Source: the human T2T-CHM13v2.0 reference genome, Homo sapiens. Taken from it: a DNA stretch of 64,000 nucleotides. Both the position numbers and the translations under genes were made by a program. Positions 36,582-48,960 of this stretch are shown piece after piece. Under the pieces are notes generated by a model, which had not been told where the DNA came from, searched no databases, and worked only from the letters and a program-made list of their open reading frames with translations. The first letter of the stretch is position 1; each line of letters opens with the position of its first letter. Location: NCBI RefSeq assembly GCF_009914755.1, contig NC_060933.1. One strand, given 5' to 3'.

Positions 36582-38886
36582 TATATCAGTTTGTTCTCAT
36601 GCGGTTAATAAAGACGTAACTGAGACTGGGTAATTTATAAACTAAAGAAACTCACAGTTCCACATGGCTGGTGAGGCCTCACAATCATGGTGGAAAGTGA
36701 AGGGGGAGCAGAACACATCTTACATGGCAGCAGAGCAAGCAAGAGCTTGTGAAGGGGAAATCCCATTTATAAAATCATCATATCTTGTGAGACTTATTTA
36801 CTACTATAAGAACAGTATAGGGGGAACTGCCCCCATAATTCAATTATCTCCACCTGGGCCCACCATTGATACGTGGGGATTCTTACAATTCCAGGTGATA
36901 TTTGAGTAGGGACACAACCAAACAATATTATTTTACCACTGGTCCCTCACAAATCTCATGTCCTCCTATTTCCAAACCAATCATGCCTTCCCAACAGTCC
37001 CCCAAACTCTTAACTTATTTCAATCTAAACTCAGAAGTCCACAGTCCAAAGTCTCACCTGAGACAAGCCAAGTCCCTTCCACCTAAGAGCCTTTAAAATC
37101 AAAAGCAAGTTAGTTACTCCCTAGATACAATGTGGGTATAGGCATTGGGTAAATACTCATGTTCCAAGTGAGAGAAACTGGCAAAAATCAAGGGGCTACA
37201 GGCCTCGTGAAGTCCAAAATCCAGCAAGGCAGTCAGATCTTAAAGCTCCAAAATGATCTCCTTTGATTCCATGTCTCACATCCAGGTTATGCTGATGCAA
37301 GAGGTGGGTTCCCATGGTATTGGGCAGCTCTGCCTTGTGGTATTGCAGGGTACAGCCCCCCTCCCGGCTGCTTTCACAGGCTGGCTTTGAGTGTCTGCAG
37401 CTTTTCCAGCTGCATAGTGCAAGCTATTGGTGGATCTACCATTACTGGGGTCTGGAGGACAGTGACCCACTTATCACAGATCCACTAGGCAGTGCCCTAA
37501 TAGGGACTCGTATGGGGGCTCCAACATAACATTTACCTTCTGCACTGCCATAGCAGAAGTTCTCTATGAGGGCTCCACCCCTGTAGTACACCTCTGTCTG
37601 GACATCCAGGCATTTCCATACATCCTCTGAAATCTAGGTGGAGGTTCCCAAACCTCAATTCTTGACTTCTGTGCACACACAGATCCACACCAGTGTAAAC
37701 TGCCAAGACTTGGAGCTTGTACCTTTTGAAGCAATGGCCTGAGCTCTGTGTTGGCCCCTTTTAGCCATGGCTGGGATGCAGGGCACGAAGTCCCAAGACT
37801 GCACAAAGCAGCAAGGGCCTGGGCACAGTGGATGAAACCATTCTTTCCTCCTAGGCTTGTGATGAGAGGGGCTGCCGTGAAGAATTCTGACAGGCCCTGG
37901 AGACATTTTCCCCACTGTCTTGGTGATTAACATTGGTTTCTTGTTACTTGGGCAAATTTCTGCAGCCAGCTTGAATTTCTCCTCAGAAAATAGGTTTTTC
38001 TTTTTTATTACATTTTTCAGGCTGCACATTTTCTGAACTTTTATGCTCTGCTTCCCTTTTAAACATAAGTTCCAATTCCAAATAATATCTTTGTGAATAC
38101 ATAAAACTAAATGTTTCAACAGTATCCAAGTCACCTCATGAATGCTTTGTTGCTTAGAAATTTCTTCTGCCAGATACCCTCAGTCATCTCTCTCAAGGTC
38201 AAAGTTCCACAAATCTCTAGGGCAGGGGCAAAATGCTGCCAGTCTCTTTGCTAAAACGTAACAAGAGTTACCTTTGCTCCAGTTTCCAACAAGTTCCTCA
38301 TCTCCATCTGAGACCACCTCAACCTAGACTTTATCGTCCATATCACTATCAGCATTTTGGTCAAAACTATTCAACAAGTCACTAGGAAGTTCCAAACTTT
38401 CCCACATTTTCCTGTCTTCTTCTGAGCCCTTCAAACTGTTCCAACCTCCCCCCGTTTCCCAGTCTTAAAGTCACTTCCACATTTTCAGGTACCATTACAG
38501 CAGTACCCTACTCTAATGGTACCAATTTACTGTATTAGTTTATTCACATGCTGCTAATAAAGACATATCCAGGACTGGGTAATTTATAAAGGAAAGAGTT
38601 TTAATTGATTCACAGTTCCACATGGCTGGGAAGGCCTCACAATCATGGCAGAAAATGAAGGGGAAGCAAGACACGTCTTACGTGGCATCAAGCAAGAGCA
38701 AGCTTTTGTAGAGGAACTACCATTTATAAAACCATCAGATATTTTGAGGTTTATTCACTACCATGAGAACAGTATGAGGGAACTGCCCCCATCATTCAAT
38801 TAACTCCACCTGGTTCCACCCTTGACACTTGGGGATTATTACAATTCAAGGTGAGATTTGGGTGGGGACACTGCCAAACCATGTAA
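36582..38886 (-). mobile_element. Complete THE1C-like MaLR provirus (LTR-internal-LTR)
   Basis: LTRs 36582-36930 and 38531-38886 are homologous direct repeats; ~1.6 kb THE1-int lies between them; 5-bp TSD gtctg (36577-36581) / gtcta (38887-38891); the L1 3' UTR is continuous across it. Confidence 0.93.
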
Positions 38887-41800
38887 GTCTATTATTTTCA
38901 TGTTTATGTCTATGTGTGCTCAATGTTTAGCTACCTCGTGTAAGTGAGAAAATGTGGTATTTGTTTTTCTGTTCATGTATAAATTGCTGAGAATTATGTC
39001 CTCCAGCTAGATCCATGTTGCTGTAAAGAATATGATTTTTTTTCTATTTTATGGCTGTGTAATATTGCATGGCATATATGTATCACATTTTCTTTATTTA
39101 ATCCACAATTGATGGGTACCTAGATTGATTCCATGTCTTGTTGTTGGGAATAGTGTGGCAATGAACCTAGGAGTATGTGTGTTGTTTCAATATAATGATC
39201 TATTTTCCTTTGTGTATATACTCAGTAACGGTATTGCTGGGTCAAATGATAGTTCTTTTTAAGTTTGTAGAGAAGTCAACCAATTGCCTTCTCAGGTGGC
39301 TGAACTAATTTACATTCCCACCAACAGTGTATAAGTGTTCACTTTTATCTGAAGTTTCACCAAATCTGTTCTTTTTTGACTTTTTAATAATAGCTATGCT
39401 GACTGGTGTGAGATGGTATCCCATTGTGGCTTTAATTCGTATTTCTCTGATAATGATATTGAAGATTTTTTCATATATGTTTGTTGCTTCTTATGTCTTC
39501 TTTTGATAAACATCTATTCATGTTTTTTACTTGGTATTTGTTTTTTATAGATTCCGGATATTAGACCTTTGTCAGAAGCATAGTTTGTGAGTATTTTTTC
39601 TCATTATGTAGGTTGTCTGTTTACTCTTTTGATAGTTTCTTTTGCTGTGCAGAAGCTCTTTAGTTTAATTAGGTCCCACTTGTTGATTTTTGTTTTTGTC
39701 GCAAATGCATTTGGGGACTTAGCCAAAAATTCTATGCCAAGACCAATGTTGAGAAGGGTATTTTTTGGTTTTCTTCTAGGATTTTTAGAGTTTAGATCTT
39801 AAATTTAAAACTTTAATTCACCCTGAATTAATTTTTTGACTATAATGAAAGATAAGCAGTTTCATTCTTCTGAATATAGGTATCCAGTTATCCCAGAACC
39901 ATTTCTTGAATAGGAAGTCCTTTCCCCATTGCTTGTTTTAGTTTGCCTTGAAGATCAGATGGCTTATTTCTGAGTTTTCTCTTCTGTTCCATTGGTCTAT
40001 GTGTTTGTTTTTGTACTGGGACCATGCTGTTTTGGTTATTTTAGCCTTATGGTATAGTTTGAATTCAGGTAGTGTGATGCCTCTGTCTTTGTTCTTTTGC
40101 TTTGGATTGCTTTGGCTATTTGGGCTCTTTTTTGTTTTTATATGTTAGAATAGTTTTGCTAATCCTGTGAATAACATTGGTAGAGTGATAGGAACAGCAT
40201 TGAATCAATAAATTACTTTGGGCAATATGATCATTTAAATAATATAGATTCTTATAATCCATGAGCATGAAATGTTTTTCCATGTTTTGTGTGTGTTGAC
40301 TCTGATTTCTTTCACCATTGTTTTGTAGATCTCCTCGTGGAAATCTTTTATCTCCTTGGTGAGATACATTCCCAGGTCTTTTCTTTGTGGATATTGTAAA
40401 TGAGATTGTGTTCTTGATTTGGTTCTCCCATGAATGTTACTAGTGTATAAAAATGCTACTGATTTTCATACATCGATTTTGTAGCCTGAAATTTTATAAA
40501 GTTATTTATCGATGCTAGTAACCTTTTGGCAGAGTCTTTAGGGTATTCTGGCTATAGAATCATACTATCAGTGAAGAAAGATAATTTGAGTTCTTTTTTT
40601 CCTATTTGGATGCCTTTTGTTTCTTTCACTTGCCTGATTGCGCTAACTAGAATATTGAGTATTATGTTGATTGGGGTGGTAAGAATGATCATCCTTATCT
40701 TGTTCCAGTTCTCAAGGGGAATGTTTCCAGCTTTTAGCTATTCAAAATGATTTTGACTGTGGATGTGTCATAGATGACTTATTTTTTTGAGGTATGTTCC
40801 TTGGATGCCTAGTCGATTGAGGATTTTTATCGTGAAGGTATACTGGATTTTATCAAAACTTATTTCTACATCTATTGAGATGACTATATCATTTTTGCTT
40901 TTGATTTGTATATGTGGTGAATTACATTTATTGATTTACATATGTTGAACAAGGAATAAAGTTTACTTGAACGTGGTGTTTTAACTTTCTGGTCTGCTGC
41001 TGGATTCATTTTGCTAGTATTTTACTGAGGATTTTTGTGTTTAGGTACATCAGGGACATGGGCCTAAGGTTTCCTTTTTTTGTTGTGTCTCTGCCAGATA
41101 TTGGTATCAGGTTGAGGCTGGCTTCATATATTGACTTAGGGAGAAGCCCCTCCTCCTTGATTTTTTGGAATAGTTTCAATAGGATTGGTATCAGTTCTTG
41201 TAAGCCTGATACAATTTGGCTCTAAATCCATCTGTTTAATGGATTTTTGTTTGTTCGATTGGTAGGTTGTTTATTATTAATTCAATTTCAGAACTCAATA
41301 TTGGTCTATTAAGGGTTTCAATCTCTTCCTGATGCAATCTTGGGAGATGGTATTTTTTCCAGGAATTTACTCATTTCCTCTAAATTTTACAATTTATGTG
41401 CATAGAGTTGTTTGCAGTATTCTCTGAAGATCTGTTGTAGTTTTCTGGTATGAGTTGTAATGTCATCTTTGTCATTTAACATTGCACTATTTGGATCTCT
41501 TCTGTTTTTGATAATCTAGCTATCATTTTTTTTTTGAAGGAACAACTCTTGGTTTAATCAATCTTTTGTATGGTTGTTTGCATCTCAATTTTTTCATTTC
41601 ATCTCTAATTTTAGTTGTTTTTCTCCTGCTAGCTTTGGGGTTGGTTTGCTTTTTGTTTTCTAGATACTTTAAGTGTGATATTAGGTTATTGTGAGATCTT
41701 TGTAAGTTTTTGATATGAGCATTTAGCATTATAAACTTTCCTCTTAACATGGTTTAGCAGTGTCCCAGAGATTCCAATATGTTGTATCTTTGTTCTCATT

Positions 41801-43658
41801 AATTAAAAAATTCTTGATTTCTTTCTTAATTTTGAAGTTCCCTAGGAATTATTCAGGATCAGATCATTTAAATTCTGTATATTTGTGCAGTTTTGAAAGA
41901 TGTCCTAATGATTACTATTTTTACTGTACTATGGTCCTAGAGTGTACTTGCTATGATTTAAAATTTTTTGTATTTATTGAGACTTGCTTTATGATCAAAT
42001 ATGTGGTCAATCTTAAAATACCTATCTTAAAATACCAATCTAAAATGTGTGCAGATGAGAAAAATGTATACTTTGTGATTTTTCAGTGGATTGTTGTGAT
42101 GATGTCTATTAGGTCGAATTCATCTAGTGTTGCGTTTAAGTCCAGAGTTTCTTAATTTTCTGCCTCAATGATCTGTTTAACATGGTTAGTGGGCTGTTGT
42201 AAGTCTCCACTAGTATTGTGTGGCTGCTAAGTCTTCACAGAGGGCAAGAACAACTTGTTTTATGGATCTGGGGCTCTAATGTTGAGTATATATATTTAGG
42301 ATAGTTAAGTCCTCTTTTTGGATCATACCCTTTAACATTATATAATGGCTTTTTGTCCTAATTTTTTATCATTTTAAAATCTATTCTCTCTGATATAAGA
42401 ATGATTCCTGTTCTTTTTAATTTTCTGTTTGCATGATAGATCTTTCTCCAACCCTTTACTTTGAGTCTGTGGGTGTTGTTACATGTGAGATGGGTCTCTT
42501 GAAGACAGCAGATGGTTGAATCTTGTTTTTTTTTTTTTTACAGTTTGCCACTCTATGTATTTTAAGTGGGGGCATTTAGTCCATTTGCATTCAGGATTAG
42601 TATGGATGTGTGAGATTTTCATCATGTTATTGCATTTTTAGTTGGTTGTTATGTAGACTTGGTTGTGTATTAGCATTATACTGCCTGTGGGCTATGTGCT
42701 TAAGTGTGTTTTTGGGGTAGCAGGTGTCATTATTTTAATTTGATATTTAGCACTCCCTTAAGGTCATCTTGTAAGACTGATCTAGTTGAAAGGAACTCCT
42801 TCAGCATTTGCCTATCTAAGAAGCATTTTATTTCTCTTTAAATTATCAAGCTTAGTTTGGCTGATATGAAATTCTTGGTTTGGAATTTCTTTTCTTTAAA
42901 GATGCTGAAAATAGGCACCTAATCTCTTCTGGATTGTAAGGTTTCTGCTGAGAGGTCTGCTGCCAGCCTGATGGAGGGTCCCTCTTTATATGACCTGATC
43001 TTTCTCTTTAGCCGATTTTAAGCTTTTATCTTTTGCATTGACCTTAGTGAATCTGATGACTATGTACCTTGGGGTTGCTCATCTTTTACAGTATCTAGCC
43101 AGGGTTCTCAGTATTTCTTGAATTAACATGTCAAACTCTTCAGTGAAATTAGGGAGTATTTTGTTAACTATCTCTTTAAAAATATTTTCCAAGTTGCTTA
43201 TTATTTCTCCTTCTCTCTCAGGAATACCATGTGTCATAGGTTTGGTCTCTTTACATAATCTCATATTTCAGGAAAGTTTCGTTCATTTTTAAATATTTTT
43301 ATTTTGTCTGACTGAATTGATTCAAAGAACTGAGCTTTGAGCTCTGATATTCCTTTCTCACCTTGTTCTATTCTGTTCTTAATACTTTTGATTACATTAT
43401 GAAATTTTTGTAGTTAATTTTTCAACTCTAAAAATTTGGCTTGCTTCTTTAACATGGTTATATTGCATTTCAGTTATTGGATTGTTTTACTGTATTCCTT
43501 GGATTCCTTCTATTGTCTTTCAACTTTCTTCTTAATCTCAATAAGCTTCTTTGTCATCTCGATTCTGAATTCCATGTCTGTCATTTTAGTCATTTCAGAC
43601 TAGTTAAGAACAATTGCTGAGGAGTTAATGGATCCATTTGAAGGTAAGGGAACATTCT

Positions 43659-43660
<2 letters not shown>

Positions 43661-43689
<29 letters not shown>
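43661..43689. repeat. Poly(T) tract inside the L1 5' region
   Basis: Direct reading, about 29 T. Confidence 0.9.
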
Positions 43690-43693
<4 letters not shown>

Positions 43694-45394
43694 GTCAGAG
43701 TTCTTGCGCTGATTCTTTCTAATCTGGAAGGGGATGGTTTTTTCTAACTATGGTATAAGTTGAGTATAGTCAATTAGCTTTATTTCTGGATGTTTTCAGA
43801 GGGACAAAGCTCTATACAGGGTCTTTATTAGTGGTTGAATTCTTGCCTTTGGTTTCACAGGGAGATATATTAGCAAAATATTTTTGGTGTTGTAGTTTGG
43901 GCTGTAATCCAGTAGATGGCACTTAAGAGTAATGGGTGGTTGGTAGGCTCTTATCTGTCAGCTTCTCTATTTCCTCATCCATCCTTATCCATGGATTCAT
44001 TTGCATCCATGCTCTGCTATGCTGTGGAAAGCAAGATGACCCCCTCACCTAGTCTGCTCCTGGGCCTGGGGGGATTCCCCTCCCATCACTGGCAGTGCAC
44101 CTGTATTTTTTTTTTTCATTGTTAGGTATCTGGGCAATGGGGCTCCCTGGGCAGAGGTCAAGTCAGGGAAATAGGCCACACCCTTTCCTGGCTGGACTTG
44201 TGAGGAGAGGCATGCCCAGCTTCCACTCCAACTTAGGAACCTATGCATCTGACACCTCTCAGTGCTGTGAGAGTGTGGGGTCCTTTCCTGCTCAAGTGCC
44301 AGCCACAGATACCAGCTTGGTACTCCTGAGCTTAGCAGTTCTGGGCCTCCACGATTGACTGGTGGCTTCATCCTCTGGACCCTCCAAGTCAAATTCTGGA
44401 TGCAATGGGGGATCTGAAGTACTCCCAGGCCACTGGGAACATAATCAGGTGAAGCAAAACACCCAGGCTGAGTAGCAGGGGCTGCTCTGTGCAAATGCTC
44501 CTGCAGGATGGCCAGACAGGGGACCTGGGAGGGGCTGGTGGGCAGGAGCACCTACAGAACAGATGTACCCTAGTCCCTGGATAAGGTCTTTTATTTTTAT
44601 TTTTTTGGCTATTCTCTTCCCTAAGCCGCAATAGGTTTTCACAAGAGTAATTTTTGGTGGTCTTCTTTAAGCAGCTCAAAGTTTTTGGAAATAAATGAGA
44701 TAAGGAGAAAGAACCCAGACAGAGTTTCATACCTATCCTATAGCAGCTGTTATTTCTCTTTTCCAAGTTCTACATGACAAGGGAGGCCTTCTTAAGAATC
44801 TTGTCAATCTTATTTGTCAGCACTTGTTTTGGTATATGAAAAAGAGTCTATGAATAGATGTAAATTTCCCTTGTTTATGTGACCATCAGTTTCTATTTTT
44901 CTCACTAGTTTTCATTCAGTCTTTAGCAATATGTTAAAATTTTTAATGGAATTTCTTTTACTGATACCTGCTGGAGTTAGACACAAGTAATCAAGTTCTC
45001 ATCTCCCTTGTCTCATTGGAAACGCCAGTCTTCACTTAGATTTTAGGTTGTTAATCTGTGACCTTAGAAAAATAACAAACTTGCAGATTATCTGGCATTA
45101 TTTTTGCTTTTAAGAGTGGATTCAGTGTTCTTTCCAGCTTTCTACATACTAAGTGGAAGACAGAACCCAACATTTTTGTTGTGCTTTTTTTTTTTTTTTC
45201 CTACTGTCTATTCCTTTCACAGCCATAGTTTCTACCATGACATGGTGAGAGGGACTGGCTAACAAGAGCTGAATAAATTGTGATAACCAAGAAGAACACC
45301 TTGGAAGCTGTTTACAGGATGGATCCTTTTTCTGACACACACAGTAGTAGGACAGTTTTACTATCTCTGCCTTTGTGGCTGATTGTTGATTGTT

Positions 45395-45580
45395 TACCTT
45401 TTAAGTTAAAGTTTTATTCTGAGATCATTGTAGATTCATTTATAGTTGTAAGATATAATACAAAGAGCCCATGTTCCCTTTATTCAGTTTCTCTCAAAGA
45501 TAACCTTTTTCAAAACTGTAGTGTATATCACAGTGAGTATACTGACATTGATACAGCCAAGATACAAAACAGTCCCATGT
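45395..45580 (-). mobile_element. L1MC1/2-like 3' terminal fragment
   Basis: 'ttattctgagatcattgtagattca...gttgtaagatataataca...tgacattgatacagccaagatacaaaaca'. Confidence 0.65.
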
Positions 45581-46056
45581 GGTCATTAGTTTTTGACTCA
45601 AAGCGTTCTAACGTTTTCTAATTCTTTTTCCAGAATGAGTCTAGTTTTCTTAGCAAAGTCTAGTTCTGGTTCTGTACCTGTTTCTGATTTGTGCATGTCC
45701 ATTCAATTGGTGACAAATATCTGGAGATCTGATTTTACAGCCTATGGGATGATGTCAATTGGTAGCATAAAATAAAAATTATCCAGTTATATTTTATGGA
45801 TTATTAAATTATATATTTATTTTTCTTGAGGATTGTTGTACCTCTATCTTCAGTATGGTATAATTTTCTTGCCAAGCAGAGCTCAGATAACTAAGTGTAT
45901 GTATATATACAGGTATACAAAGTACTTGCTATAATGGAGAATGGGATGTGTATCTTCAAGATCTTTACCACAGCCAAGCAGTGATTTTGTGCATGTTGTG
46001 CCTTTTTGATTCATGATTGTTGTTAAGTCTGATGTTAATAACACAGCTGTGTGTAA

Positions 46057-46413
<357 letters not shown>

Positions 46414-46734
46414 TCCATTAATATTTTATATTGGTCTGTTTATAATTGTACTACTTTTGGGTATATGACCAATTTTCTAACTCACACATGCATGACCTGC
46501 TCTCTCTCTTCCTCTCTGCCTGTCTGTCTGCCACTCTCTCTCTCTCTCTCTCTCTGAAAACTCTGAGGTATGTTAATCATATATTTCTGCTCATAATCTG
46601 TGCATTTACTAAAGACAAACAAATCTACCATGAAATGAGAGAAGATGTATTAGCCAAGTAACAGTTTTTAGCTATATTGAGGTATAATTGACATATAATT
46701 GATATAGAAATAGCTATAATTGAAATAGAAATAA

Positions 46735-47515
46735 CCCAGAAATTAAACCCAGCTATAATTGAAATAGAAATAACGCACACACATACAGTCAACTAAACTT
46801 CAGCAAAAAACAAGAATATACAATAAAGACAAGAAAATTATTCTGGCAAATGATGTCTGGAAAACTGAATATTCACACTCAAAGAAAAGAAATTGAACCC
46901 CTATCTTATGCCATACACAAAATCAACTTAGATAATTACAGACTTAAACCGAAGACCTGAAAATGTAAAAATCGTAGAAAAAAACAGGGAGAAATCATCA
47001 TGACATTGAACTCAGCGATGATTTCATAGATATGACACTAAAAGCAGTAAGAAACAAAAGAAAAAGTAAAATGGGACTCTGTCAAATTCAAAAGCTCCTC
47101 CACATCAAAGGACACAATCAACAGAGTGAAAAAGCAAACTATGGGTTGATAGAACATATTTACAAACTGTATATCTGATAAGGAATGCAAATGGTCAATA
47201 GGTTTATAAAAATGTACTCAACAGCATTAGTCATAAGGAAAATGCAGATCAAATGATATCACCTCACACTTGTTAGGATGGTTTTTAGTTTTTTAAAAAG
47301 GTAATAACTGTGATTTGTGTTAATTTGATTGCAGAAAAATTGAAACCTTTTTACACTGTTGGTAGGAATGTAAAATGGCAGAGTAGCTATGGAAATAAGT
47401 ATGGAATTCCCTCATAAAATTAAAATAGTATTATTATGTGATCTAACAATCCCTGGATATATATATATATCCAAAACAATTTAAATCAGGATCTCAAAGA
47501 GGTATGTTCACTGCC
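46735..47515 (+). mobile_element. L1M (MA/MB-type) ORF2 C-terminal fragment
   Basis: 'aaattgaaccccta tcttatgccatacacaaaatcaact', 'acacaatcaacagagtgaaaaagcaa', 'ttacactgttggtaggaatgtaaaatgg'. Confidence 0.7.
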
Positions 47516-47678
47516 ATTTGTCAGGCCTCTGAGAAATGTCCCAGAGAAACAAAAAATTAGTGAAGTCAAGAATTAACAGTAAGTTTGAATGCTGACAAGC
47601 CATTAATAAAACAAAGTTGTAGGCCTAAATTAACCCACAGTATGACTGGTCTGCAATGGAAGAGAATAAGATATAATG

Positions 47679-48119
47679 TGTCTTTGTCCATTGTGTGTTG
47701 CTGTAACACAGTACCTGAGCCTGGGTAATTTATAATGAAAAGAAATTTATTTAGCTCATGGTTTGACAGTCTGGGAAGTTCAAAAGCATGTCCCTCACTT
47801 CTGGTGAGGGTTTCTGTGCTGCATTGTAACATGACAGATAAGGTCAGAGAAGTGAACAAATGTAAAGAAAGAGGACCGAACAGAAGGAGGAATCTTGCTT
47901 TTTAACAATGCACTTTTATGGAAATTAATCTGCTCCTAAGAGAACTAATCTTTTCTCTCCAGAGTAAGAACTCACTTACTGTAAGAACACACCAAGCCAC
48001 TCATGCAGGATTCACCTCCATGATTCAAATACCTTCCACTAGGCCCCACCTCCCAACACCACCAGGTTGGGAATTAAATTTGAACATGAGCTTTGGTGTG
48101 GCAAACTCAAACCACAGCA
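47679..48119 (-). mobile_element. MST/MLT1A-type MaLR solo LTR
   Basis: 'tgtctttgtccattgtgtgttgctgtaacacagtacctgagcctgggtaatttata...aggccccacctcccaacac...caaaccacagca'. Confidence 0.8.
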
Positions 48120-48804
48120 GATGAGATAGGAAGAAAACTCTGCTAGAGTGTTTGTAAGTTTGATAAAATTACAGCTACTATAGTATAACCCAAATGAGGT
48201 GAACGGAATTGTTCTTTGTTCGTGATCTCAGTTGATGAGCCAATAATCACAAAAAGAAAATATTTCTGATGTGTAGGGTAGAGTTATAAGCATAGGGATC
48301 ATATGAGGTCTCTAGACAGTTTTAATTTCTGAAAATTAATAGGATATGGCTCTAATTTTGCTAAGCAAAAAAAGAAAAAAACTTTGTGAATTAACACCTT
48401 TTGTCACACCTATGCAAATAAAATTGATCAAATAAAGTATAAAATTGATGATTTTTATATACAAAATTACAGAACAAACTTACGGGATTAAATCTATGTT
48501 TTAGGGACAGAAACTTGAAAAGTAGAGAACGTGGGAACAAAACTAACACATTTTCTGCCAACATTAGGAATAAGTGTGAATAGCATATCCCTTGGTAGTA
48601 GGTGGATAGGGTGCACTTTACATTCTGAGATATTCCAAACATAACAGGTTTTTTTTTTTTTTTCCAGCTCCCAAACTCAGTTGATTTCTGAGCCTTTCCT
48701 ATAACGTTATTGACTCTCCAAGGAAAGTATTTTATCACTGACTTTTTAAATGCTGATATCTGAAGACATATCACCTCCTCTGAAAATATAATAATGATCA
48801 GGTT

Positions 48805-48960
48805 TTGTTTATGAGTTAGGGTTTTACTTGTTGCTCAGGCTGCGGTACAGTGGGATGATCACAGCTTACTGCAACCTCAAACTCCTGAGTTCAAGTGACC
48901 CTCCTGCCTTAGCCTTCTGAGTAGCTGGGATTATAGGAGTTTATCATCACTCCCAGCTCC
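48805..48960 (-). mobile_element. Alu monomer (FRAM/FLAM-like)
   Basis: Single diverged arm 'gttgctcaggctg...actcctgagttcaagtgaccctcctgccttagcc...gtagctgggatta'. Confidence 0.75.

Larger units (their letters stand above)
36385..44580 (-). mobile_element. Near full-length L1PA15/16-like element (decayed), interrupted by a THE1 provirus
   Basis: 3' end 'caacttttattttagatatggggttacatgtg...gtgctgaggtttgg'; antisense ORF2 38890-42620; ORF1 remnant (e.g. 43079-43264 GIPEREGE...NLENIFKEIV); more GC-rich 5' UTR ~43700-44580. Confidence 0.85.

Noticed and set aside
36931-38530. ORFs within the THE1 internal region
   Set aside because: Fragments of the decayed MaLR internal ORF, with no intact coding sequence.
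36361-44589. 'ataag(a/g)tct' on both sides of the L1PA15/16 as a TSD
   Set aside because: The left copy is not adjacent to the poly(A) and lies inside the L1MA fragment; probably coincidence.
44045-44766. 125-168 aa ORFs
   Set aside because: They lie in or across the old L1 5' UTR; chance frames in more GC-rich sequence.
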